A stretch of 55,190 nt of DNA, filler included, from Bipalium vagum (lineage: Eukaryota), in assembly GCA_037834085.1 (NCBI GenBank). It is 3 parts of 3 records of this genome, joined end to end, with 100 filler letters (N's around TTAATTAATTAA, not from the genome) between each part and the next. Parts side by side here need not be neighbours in the genome. Positions count along the whole stretch, not along the records: positions 1 to 23,931 come from JBBMKC010204710.1; 2 more parts are not named here. The stretch is one strand, 5' to 3'. This document shows, piece by piece, positions 1 to 11,156 of the stretch (its first letter is position 1; every line of letters begins with the position of its first letter). The notes beneath the pieces were generated by a model, which was not told where the DNA came from, searched no databases, and saw only the letters and a program-made list of their open reading frames with translations. The position numbers and the translations under genes are program-made.

Positions 1-72
<72 letters not shown>
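1..72. repeat. (TAA)n microsatellite, intronic in PITRM1
   Basis: Perfect TAA repeats from base 1 to 72. Confidence 0.97.
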
Positions 73-73
<1 letters not shown>

Positions 74-173
74 TTATGAATACTGAAAAATCAATATAAT
101 TTTAAATAATAATTTTAAAAATTGCTAAAAATCACTAAAAACATTATTAATATATCAGTTAATAAAGCCGAAC

Positions 174-3100
174 CAAAAGATATTTTTTGACAAAATCTTG
201 TAAATATTGATCGTTTTTAGCTAGATAGGCCTTGAGACGATCGATATATTGAAGAACTTTTAAAGAGTCTTCCAGAGACGCTTCGTGGTTGACCGGAGAG
301 CTAAGAGCCTGAAAGTAAGAAAAACACCAATCAGAGAAAGAGATACATAAAGGCATCACAATAATAAATCAAATAAAAAAATGGAGAACCTTACCAAAAT
401 CAATCTCAGTCCAAAATCCGCGCTGTCATGGCGTAATCCCAATTCAATTTGGTGGATTAAAGATTGGAGTCGTTCGGCAGGGAATCCAGTGCTGAAAGAA
501 AACGGAAGACATTGCCAATCAATATTTTGAAAAAGTTAGAAGGAAAAAGAAGGGAATAAAAGAGAGAAGGAAAGAAAACAGAAAAATGGACAAGATATAT
601 GAAAGGAAATTAGAGACTGAAAGGAAAGGAGAAATAGCAAAAGTTGAGAGAGATGGTAAAGAAAGAGTGAGGAAGACAGAGAAATAATTCAAAAATAGAG
701 AAGGAGAAAGAGAGAGGAAGAAAAATTTTTAAATAAATCACCGGACGACATTGGCCAAGACATCAAGGACTGTTCGCTCGATGGAATGGAGGTCATCAAG
801 TCGGACACCCTGGACTCCAAGGTGGAAGAGTGTGGTTCGATTGGAATTGTCGAACCCCGACAATTGACCGATCCAGTCCTGAGCCAGGCCGGACTCGATC
901 AGAGCGCGATAAAGCGGAGCGTTGTCACCGTCCACGAGCAGACTAGCGACCAATTTCATGACGAAGTTGATGTACGATTTTCTGGAGCTGTTTTCGAGTA
1001 GAAGAACGCAGCAGGGATGACAGGGTTAGGCAGAAAAAAAACAATTATCAACGTTAATTATCAACCACCAATCAATAATTACTCATCGATAGCAAAACTA
1101 ATGGAAACGCATGATTGGCGTTCCGGGTCTGCAGCCATGGGGTCGGAGTTGCAATGGATATCCATTGATTTCTAATTCAGTTATTTTTTAGTCAATAGGA
1201 AAAAATTAATAAAAAATGTGGAAACAAAAATTTTATATTATTTATTTATTATTAATTTTTATTATAAGAATATCATTTCCCAATACTCACAGGTGATATC
1301 CATTTTGGTTCCAACGGAACAAGAGTATCCAAATCAATTTTCGCAAAGTCCTTGAGATATTCATCATTGATTCTGCCCAGTATCGATTCCAAATCCAGAT
1401 CGCCATAAGTGAAAAACCTGTGTCGTTATTGTTTACAAATTAAATCATAATAGAAATAACAATGGGATATCAATTAAAAATTTGATAATTAAAACCGCTT
1501 GTTTCTGCTTTTCACAACGAACAGAGAAAGAAAATAAGCACCACTGACCTGCTGTTGGAGGGATGGTACAATTTCCGATGAAACTCTTTCAGCTGACCAT
1601 GGGTTAGGTCCGGTATCGATTTAGGATCTCCACCGCTCACAAACGGATAGGTCTTCGGAAGAATATTCTTTTCGACTTCATAAGCGAGATTATTAATTTT
1701 GCTGGCCTACATTTGAGCGGGAGGAAAATACTAATTTCTGTCATTGGAATACTAATTTCTGCTTACAAAAACACCCTTCATTTCATTATAAACGACGCCC
1801 TTCAATTGAAAAGCAGCAGTCTCACCTACAGACGACGACGAAGATGATGCCATCGTGGAAGAGGAAGACAAAATTGTCGGTTCCAGACGCCATCCTTCTT
1901 GCCTTTTGATAAGGTGAAGTCAAAGATAACACAAAAGATGGATTTTTCGAATAACTTGAGAATCAAAAAGATTCGAAAAGAGATAAAAGAGAACCAACTC
2001 ACATAAAATCATGCTCATCCAGTCGAGGCTTGAAAACAGCATCCAAATAAACGGACAGCAAATTGTGAAAATCGACATTGTTCATTGAACTGAACGGATA
2101 GATTGTCCAATCATTTCCTACGTATATGCACCATTAAATTGGATTATTTACTTTCTTTTTTTATAGATAAAAAGTTCAAAAACAGAAATATTGTTTTTTT
2201 AATAAACAGTTAGATCATCAGAACTTTTAATATTATCACATTAAGGACAATACAAAATCGATATTTTCAGAAGTTCAATGGATCGTATTGACTTTTTATA
2301 TTTTTAATAATTTGATAATCATGGATTTTTTATTAATGTCTCAAAAAATATAGTAATTTAAGCACAAATTAAATTATTTAAATTAATAATAAAATAAAAA
2401 AGATTATTGATTATGTGGCAAAAAATTACTAAAAATAATAATATAAATAATGTAATAATACTACTGGGAATAATAATATAACAATTATAATTAACACTAA
2501 AAAAATAATTCACAAAATGAATTATAATAACACTAAAGATATTATTAAAACATCGTTTTATAATCAATTAATATTGATCTTAAATTAAAAAATTAAAAAT
2601 TTAATAAAATGTTAAAGAAATTAAAAATAATTACATAAAGTTTATTAATAAAGTTGACTTAAATCTGTAATTAAAATATATTAAAATAATTAATTTTTCT
2701 AAATAATAAATGAAGAGATCAATTTTTAAAGCATCAAAAAAATATTTTTGTGAAATAAATTTATTCTCAAGTTTGAATAATGAATTTAAATAATACCGAC
2801 ATTACTGATAACTTAGCAGTAACTAACAACAATGAAAATGATATTTTATAATAATAATAATATTAAAATTTAATTAAATTGATGAAAAACAATCGATTTT
2901 ATTATTATCTTCGTCAAATCTGCCATTACCAAAAGTTGATTTTTTTTTGTGAAAAAGGAAAGAAACTATATTGATTTTTTAAAATCATAAGTTCAACAAT
3001 TTGTTATTGAACCGATTATCTAATCAATTAAAACCAAAAGAATCTATGTTAAGAAAGTGTTAAAAGTATTTTTCATTAACAAAAAGGTTCGAAAATAGAA

Positions 3101-4633
3101 ACTAGTGATCCAAGTGTGTGATTCTTTCATCGTCGGAGAATAAAACCATTGTAAAAATGAAAAATAGTTGTGGTGAAAATTTTTTTTTAAAATGTTCAAT
3201 TTCATCCCACACAAATTTATTTTTCATATTATTTTCGACGTAAGTATAAAATTTGTATGAAATAATATTTTTGAATATAAGAAAATAATAATTAATAAAT
3301 CAATAATTATTATTACAATAATAATAATAATAATAATAATAATAATTTTTAAACATAATTGAAATATTTTTTAAGAACCATTGATTTTTAAAATCCGCTA
3401 GGAAGTATTGAAGAAATCAAAAAAATCAATTAATTAAAATTTTTTTCAAACTTTCAATTATTTTCAACGAAATATTCCGATAATGGATAAATTTCTGAAA
3501 AAATATGTTTTACAAATGAAATAAATTGATTTTTATTTTAAATAAGGAATAAAAAATGATAGATTCAATTTAATCAATATGCAATCAATTCTGGCAATAA
3601 CTTATGTTAATAAACAACATTTTCAAATCATCAATTTCGATTTTAAAAATGAAAAGTATTAAATGAATAAAAATGTTTTTTAATAACAGTACTTTTCAAA
3701 ATCTCCTTGATTAGATAACAATAATCAATTTTGAAAGACTAGAAAAAGTATAAAAAGCGATTCTAAATAATAAATTTTCTAAAAAATCAATAAAAAAATA
3801 TTTAATTATAAATCGATTTTCCATAAATTTCAAAATTGATTATTGATATCCCATATAGAAACAAAATCGACTTAAAATTTAAAAATCGTTGAATAATTGA
3901 TTACACTATAAAATCAATATTTAATGATTCCACACAAAACATTCAGAAAATCAAATTGTGATACTGTTTAGAAAAAATTTTAAATGAACTCCAGATTCAT
4001 TTAGTTGAAAAAACTCAGACAGAAAATCAATAAACTAAGTGTTTTAATTATCCAATCAAAATCTTCTAATGGACCAATAATATTTCAGAGGGAAAAATCA
4101 AATTTGCTATGATTGAGTTACGTAATTTCTCATAAAATGACACATACAAAACGACATCAATATCGATTAAGAAACATCAACCTGTCATGGCGTTCATAAA
4201 TGTTGCCTGGCTTCGACTGAGCATTTTAAAAAACGGGTCCCGCACAGGAAACTTGGCTGAGCCACACAGAACTGTATGTTCAAGAATATGAGGCACTCCA
4301 GAGCTGTCAGGAGGCGGTGTTCGGAATTGGACGCTTGATCAAATAATGGAGTTCCACCGTTAAGCTAAATCATACCAATACTAAAACCACGTTACCCGAA
4401 TGTCTTGTTACGGTCTTGGCGATTCAAATGAATATGTTTGGCGTTGGTCTGTTCATGTATCATTTCCAGTGCTGTCATTCGGAATTCTGGTACGTCGATA
4501 TTCTAAATGATTTAATAAATATTATTTTCAATCAGGAACAACGTTTCGCTGACTATGATAAATTTACCTTGATTATTCGGTAACCTTTCAAAAGATTATC
4601 TACTTTGAAGTTGACCAGATGTCGATTTATCAT
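174..4633 (-). CDS. PITRM1: Presequence protease (pitrilysin metallopeptidase M16C), 5' part; 11 exons in the window, continues off the left edge
   Basis: Approximate exons: 4633-4568, 4502-4396, 4335-4182, 2117-2022, 1902-1768, 1707-1550, 1417-1292, 1170-1083, 988-742, 492-396, 308-174, all GT-AG and phase-consistent. The translation contains [50 protein letters not shown] (inverted zinc motif HxxEH), [30 protein letters not shown] and YHPSNSRFFTYGD, all diagnostic of PreP/Cym1. Confidence 0.95.
500..730. repeat. GA-rich low-complexity tract (pyrimidine-rich on the PITRM1 sense strand), intronic
   Basis: About 230 nt of mostly A/G on the + strand (gaaaggaaaggagaaatag...gagagaggaag). Confidence 0.8.
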
Positions 4634-5199
4634 CTGAAATATTGATCAAAATTTAATGAATTTGAAACTAAAATTTTCAAGTGTCACTTAAAATGCTTAA
4701 ATTTGAATTATGCCAAAATTTTTGAATAAATTTAAACACAAACTGCAAAACTTTTGTTTTTTTCGATTAGGAAATAATTTGATTATTAATTTCTTGATGA
4801 TATAATTTTAAATTACTTAATTTTTTTATTTAATTTACTCACAAATTAAGTAAAAGTATTTACAGTATAGTAGGAATATTTAAAATGTGTAAAATATTGC
4901 AAAATCTGTTTTAATTTATACTTTCTAAAAATTGTGATTTATAAATTAATAATTGAAAAAAAATTTAGCTTTTATTGGATTTTAATTTGGAATTAATTAT
5001 CTTTATTTTTAAGTGTTAATTTATTTAAAATCCTTAAACTTTTTAAAATCAAAATCAGAGTATCTAACTATAGCAAATCTGAAACATGAGTTAATAATCG
5101 ATGTTTTTTAAAAAATTTTAATTTAGCATTTCTTTTTACATGTTTATGCAGAAATATATATATATATTTCATAACAAATACACGAGTTGAAATGTACAC

Positions 5200-5380
5200 T
5201 AAATAAGTCCTTGTCTCGCCAAGGCTTTTTCAATAAACCCCATCATGTCGCGAAATTAACCACTTAAATCGATATCATCATAGAGGAGTGCTTTGGCAAT
5301 CGATTCCTTTAAATCGTCCCCATATTTAATGGTTCTCATAAAGGATAATATTTGCGATTTAAAGCTGCTGAAAAATATAT
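5200..5380 (-). mobile_element. Possible C-terminal remnant of a Tc1/IS630-like transposase
   Basis: Protein-like frame LKSQILSFMRTIKYGDDLKESIAKALLYDDIDLSG*FRDMMGFIEKALARQGLI* loosely resembles Tc1-type C-terminal helices. No catalytic motif is seen. Confidence 0.25.
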
Positions 5381-6019
5381 AAGCAAAATGAAAATATAGT
5401 TTAAAATTATTTAAAATTTTAACGCTAAGTAATGCATTAAAAATTATCAAGAATTTTATTTATGTATTACTATAACTATTGAGTAATCCTTATATTTTTA
5501 AAAACTTTAAAGTAAAAAAAATATATTTAATTAAAATTTCAGGCATTTTGAGGACACTTCAACCGTTTCTACTTCCTTTTAACTTCCACCATTAACTGTT
5601 AGAATAAAAATACGAATAGACTCTTTACGTTTTGAGAATAAGAAGTGGATAAGAACATACTATTATAATTAGTTCATATCACAAATATGAACCTGACTCA
5701 AAAGACATAAAAAATAAGCTACGACTCACTGTAGTTTTTCACTTTTGCTGAATTTCTTGATAAAGAATGATAATTTTCCTGAACTAGGCATCATTCATTA
5801 TACAAGCCTACAAAAAAATTTTAATACACTTAACGATTTTATGTAATTTTGGCTAAACGAAGTACGCTGATTTTGAAAATGTTAACGAAAAAGTTGTATG
5901 ACATCAGGATTTTTCAAAAACTTATTTGTTAGAAATAATTTTTCCCATATTTGCGAATGCATAAATTTTTTTTAATTAATTTATTTTTTAAATTTTTTTT
6001 ATGCACTTTAGCTAGTTTA

Positions 6020-6527
6020 CACGCCGGTCGTGGCCTGGACACCACATACCCCGTATGAGCAGAACATATAACAATATTACAAATAAACTGTTTAACAACA
6101 CCAACCCCGCCCATCACCATCTGACATTACACAATTCATCATACCCACAATCAATCCAACAAAACAAGAAAAAGAAACGGAAGAAATAAAAGAAAATAAC
6201 ATAAAACTTACCTAACCTACCTACCTCGGGGATATACATCTTTCCCAGGTCCCCTTGCCCAGGCCATAAATGACCTCAGGTTTCTCCCTAGCCCGATCGT
6301 CGGACACTCGTACACTTTTCCCTCCCTGTTTGACAGAGAGTCGACCCTGCTGAGACAGAGATTCGACACCCCCCCCATCGAAACAGAAAATCGAGCCCTA
6401 AGAATGGCTGTTACTTAAAGCGTCCGTACGGCCCCACATTCAGCCCAATGTACGTGGACCAGATCCAGATATGGCATGCCTGAATCGAATCATTGCAGCA
6501 GAGCCTTGATATATAAATCTGATAAAT
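6020..6527 (-). mobile_element. LTR/leader-like GC-rich block with a TATA element and a consensus splice donor
   Basis: On the minus strand: TATATA at ~6516-6509, ~290 nt of GC-rich sequence, AG|GTAAGT at 6211, then a T/G-rich tract. It abuts the integrase remnant. Confidence 0.45.
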
Positions 6528-6531
6528 TGAG

Positions 6532-6626
6532 TAAGCCACATGTATAAAACCTTATCTATTTTCATTATGCAACAATTAAATTTAAGCCACATGTATAAAA
6601 CCTTATCTATTTTCATTATGCAACAA
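6532..6626. repeat. Tandem duplication (44-bp identical core, 51-bp period)
   Basis: taagccacatgtataaaaccttatctattttcattatgcaacaa occurs at 6532-6575 and 6583-6626. Confidence 0.95.
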
Positions 6627-6774
6627 CACGGCTTTCAAAGATTTTTTTGAACTGTCAATAAAAAGTCTTCAATCTTCACTCCTTTAATTTTGCCAAAACA
6701 TGTAAGAAATTCATACAGATCATTTCCTTTTGCAAAATATTTCAAGTGCTGCTTTTCTCTATGTCTATATCATG

Positions 6775-7592
6775 AAAAGGTATTACAATTTGCTAACAAA
6801 ACCAGTGAAAATTTCTTCGGTAGAGCCATTCGAAAAAGTATACGTGGATATTTGTGGACCCTTAAAAGAAAAATTTTACAAAAAAGATATATCCTGGAAA
6901 CCAGAGACCTTTTTAGTTATTACATAGTAATTTTGGCTGTTACAAGACAAGATGATAATACAGTCGTCAAGATGTTCCGAAATAACTGGATCCTAAATTT
7001 TGGTGCTCCGAAAGAGATACATGCTGATTGCGGGAAATGTTTTGATTCCCAAGAATTTAAAAAGCTGGCAGTAAACATTGGAGCAGACTTGATCTTCTGT
7101 AGCCCGTACCATCATGATACAAACGGAGTTGTTTAACGAAAATTTCGTACCATTAGAGAGTATTTAAACGCAACTTTAAAAGATAGAAAGAAAACTGATT
7201 GGGCAGAAATGTTACCAGAAATCGACTATACTCTAAACGCATCTATACAGAAGACAACACGTATGAGTAAGGCGTAGCCAGTTTTTGGTCGGAGAATAAA
7301 TAGAGAAAGATGGTTCAGTAGGAATCAAATAGCCAGAAAGGAAACGATTGAGAAACTCAGATAAGAATCACGGGAGTTGGGAAATCAAGAAACCAGAAAG
7401 AACTTTACAGTCGGAGACGCAGTCTTGATTAGAAAAGAAGTTAGAACCAAAGATCAAGATAGATACGAGGGGCCATATGAAATTAAGAAGAAAATCCATG
7501 ACAGATGTTACGAAATTACAGATACGAACGGGAAGAAAGTAGTCAGTAACATTGAAGAGATCAAGAAATTCTTTAAAAAGAAATTTTCTTAA
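6775..7592 (+). mobile_element. Ty3/gypsy-type integrase pseudogene (catalytic core plus GPY/F C-terminus)
   Basis: PFEKVYVDICGPL, frameshift, then YILETRDLFS...WILNFGAPKEIHADCGKCFDSQEFKKL...SPYHHDTNGVV*RKFRTIREYL...DWAEMLPEIDYTLNASIQKTT, then FTVGDAVLIRK...RYEGPYEI. Contains stops and frameshifts. Confidence 0.92.
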
Positions 7593-9747
7593 GAGATTTT
7601 CTTTAGAAATCTCTGAATCTTGAGTTGTAAAGTAAACTTAGCTTGCAAAAGTAATTAATATATTTATCAGATTTATATAAAATATATTTTAGTAAAACAT
7701 GCGTTACCTCAGCTTATTTTTTTTGCAACAATTGAAATGTTTTATATTTTAAAAATCTTTAATAATTGATTTTTATTATATTTTTAACTTGCATTTTTAC
7801 TCCTTTCATACGCGCACTACAATCTTCTGGGAAAAGTATATTTTATATTAAGCTGCTCTAACACAACCCAGAGAGTCGATCATCCTTATTTGATTTATTT
7901 GCAAATTTAACAATAATAATAAAATAATATCATTAAAATATAAATGTTTTTAATGGAAAATATAAATTGTAATGTTTCTGACATTGATACTTTGTAATAT
8001 TTTTGACTCTGATACTTTGACATAACATGGATGACTTTGCAACAGTTAATTCTTTTTTCTTTTTGGTAATGACTGTTCTGACTCCCACAATTTTATGAAA
8101 TGAAAAAAGAGTAATCAGAGTAGTTGAAAGTTTGCTTCCATATAAAAGCGACCGATCGAGAGAAATAAAAGGTGAATGAACCATATATAAGGTAAAGCTG
8201 TAAGCAAGATAGACTTATGTAGTTGCACTCAAATCGCAATCTTAAGTGTAAACCTACTGATAATTTATTCCTTGACTCGAATTCCAGATGCACTCTAACT
8301 CTAAATGGGTATGTTCTGAATGAGGCTTTGTCCTGAATACTGTTAGTTTTGCATCACAACATTTCATCTACTACTACCTTTATTATTTAAATAATTATTT
8401 ATATGCTATTAATAATAATAATATTTATAATATAGAATTTATGTATTATGTAAATTGTTACTTTTACTATAAATTATAATAAAATTTTTAAATAAATTTG
8501 TGATTATTTATAATAATTAAAATCTGTGTGAAAATCAGTAGTGGGAAAAAGAATAACAAGACGATGCTAGGAGCATATGAAGATTTTTGTGATGATAATG
8601 AAATAAAATTTTAATCTACAGAGAACAAATGAAATTGGAATTTCCCAAGATGGTGAAATGTTAAAATAGATAGCTTTGTTCTCATTTATCTTTTTAAGAA
8701 ATTTTTATTTTTCTATTTCTTGTTAGGTAGATAAGGAAATCATACATTGATAACAAACAACTTATATTTTGTGAGCGAAACTGCTCTACTCAGACATGTA
8801 ATGAAGATGACTTTTGACAAAATATACGCTATATAAAAACATTCATCAGTTCTGAAGAGAAGCTTCTTGATCTAGACCCCACTATTCAAGCCTAACATAG
8901 AGTCATTCGCTTAACATTAATCTTAGTCGTGCATATACATTACAATTAGTCATAAATACACTGACTCATACAGTTATTCGATTTTTTTCCATTTTTGACT
9001 TTAATAACTCAGCTTGAACAACTCCTATCAACCTAAATTTTTTACACAATATAAACAATTCTTCCTTCTACTAAATATGAAAAATTGAAGTCAAAGTACA
9101 ACACTAAAAAATTTTATTAAAATTAAATCACACGTATATCATCCGAACAATTTTTTGCCGAAAAAATAAAAAATTAAATGTATGAAATTATTATTTTGCA
9201 TAATAGTTATTTTAAATTAATACCGATTAATATCACATATCTAAAGTGATTTATACATTAAAATTCTTAAGATAATCAATCATTGTTCAAAATTTGTTTT
9301 AATTAATCTTTCTTAATTTAGATATTTAAAAATTAGAATATTACTAAGAGGAAAAACAAGTTAAAATCATGTTTCATGAAGATACATTTTTAATATCCTA
9401 TTTATTACGGCTTGAAATTTGTTATAGTTCTTCAATTCACTAAAAATAAAGATAAAATTCATTTGACAAATATTACTTTTAATGATTTTTGGATTCTAAA
9501 TGACTAATTAATTAAGTCTTAACTAAATTTATTCTTATAAATTTAAAATTCTATTTAAATAAACTTTAAAAATTCTATATCTATTTAGAATTGTAATTTC
9601 CAAAATTTTACTTTTAATTTAATTCTTATAAAACATTTGTTTAAATTTTTAAAAAGCGCCTACTTGAAAAAAAAATTTACTGTTGTTCTAAGCACATTAA
9701 ACAATACTTAATTTTTTAAGGAACTGTAAAACATCTATTTTTAAGTT

Positions 9748-10160
9748 AATTAAAGCTGAATGGTATCCTGTGTTTTAGGTCCATAATTACAATTTTCTTA
9801 ACTAATTTTAATTGTAAGTAGTGTTTTAGTATTAATTAGTATTTTAGTATTATGTGCATGATTCTGTATCTGTTAAAGTTTAAAAATTAATTTTAAATGA
9901 ATCAAACGAAATTTGTAAAAAATTTCAAACAAACTTTTTTCTGCCATATTTTAAAATTTATTTCAGAACAAAATTACAATGCTTACAATTACAAAAAAAT
10001 TTAAGTTAAATTTTAAACTAACAGAATCATTTAAAATTAATTTTTAAACTTTAACTGATACAGAACCATGCTCATAATACTAAAACTGTACTTACAATTA
10101 GAAGTAGTTAAAATTTGTTTTAAAATTAGGGACCTAAAATGCAGGATTACCAGCTTAATT
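9748..10160. mobile_element. Foldback/MITE-like element with ~140-155-bp inverted arms
   Basis: 9748-9903 (aagctg...atcctgtgttttaggtcc...gattctgtatctgttaaagtttaaaaattaattttaaatga) matches the reverse complement of 10024-10160, around a ~120-bp spacer. TTAA lies at both outer ends. Confidence 0.85.
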
Positions 10161-11156
10161 CAATAAGAACAATCATCAAGTAGGCCTTTAATGGAAACCA
10201 GTTACATAAATTAATATCAATTCCGAAATTATAAAAATCATTGGAAGATAAACATCATAAATGAAAATCAGAAAGAAAATAAATCTTCTTTATTATAAAA
10301 GTATCATTAAAAACAATTAATCTTAAAATAAAACATTTTTTATCAAATCGCCGACTCAAGCCGAATAATGATAATCTTTGGTTGAAGTTTCGCTGCTTTC
10401 CGTACTAAAAGTAAAATTTGAATTGAAACATTTCAAAGGGAATTGGTTCGCAAAATGATAAAGAAAATCAATATTTCATGAAAAATAAAATATTTCAAAT
10501 ATAAAATTGTTAAAACAAACTATTAAATGTGCTAAAAGATATTCTGCAAACTTCCAAAACAATCATCACATAAAAGATTACGAAACCAAAATATTTCTGC
10601 ACTAAAATACGAAAACAATAATTTTTATTTGAAAGGAAGTAGAATTTATACTACTAATAAACTATAATATACATATATATTAATAATAATAATTTTTGTC
10701 AAATGAATTGTTTTAAAAAAATAACAAAGATAAACATTATTAACTACAACAAATAAGCACAGAGAGTCGATTTCGAAAATGGATTAGGTTATTTTCATAT
10801 CAATTTTGAACAAATTTAACCGATGTCTGTATCTTACTCAATCTCAAAAAATTAAAACGTTGAAATGTAGCTTATTATTACACAGGAACGTAATTTTTGA
10901 ACTTTCTTAATATTTGGAAAAAAACTAAATCGATCAATAAAAATAAAAAATCAATGTAATAATAAATAATAGATAGATTAACATTTGATTAAGTGTTAAA
11001 TCAATATAAAATGTTATTGTTATGAATATTGGCTTTAGAGAAAGTTTATTTTAAATTTTGACCAATAAAAATGCGAGTAGAAAATAAAACTATCGATTAA
11101 CATCGTTTCATATAGAATGAAAATAAATTTCAATTTTGTTAAAAATCAATATTATA

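Noticed and set aside
786-1001. Plus-strand ORF-track entries such as 786-1001, 11208-11663 and 18318-18506, and minus-strand ones such as 23300-23554, 30541-30792, 31723-31953, 32121-32324 and 49649-49891
   Set aside because: They are antisense or alternate-frame shadows of real exons or of transposase remnants.
2358-2567. I/F/N/Y/K-rich ORFs (also 15587-15847, 19373-19573, 44998-45189, 50122-50322) as membrane proteins or mitochondrial insertions
   Set aside because: Their composition follows directly from AT-rich low-complexity DNA, and no conserved motif is seen.
7990-8361. Solo LTR (TG...CA with a TATA at ~8185)
   Set aside because: No matching target-site duplication or second copy in the window, so support is insufficient.
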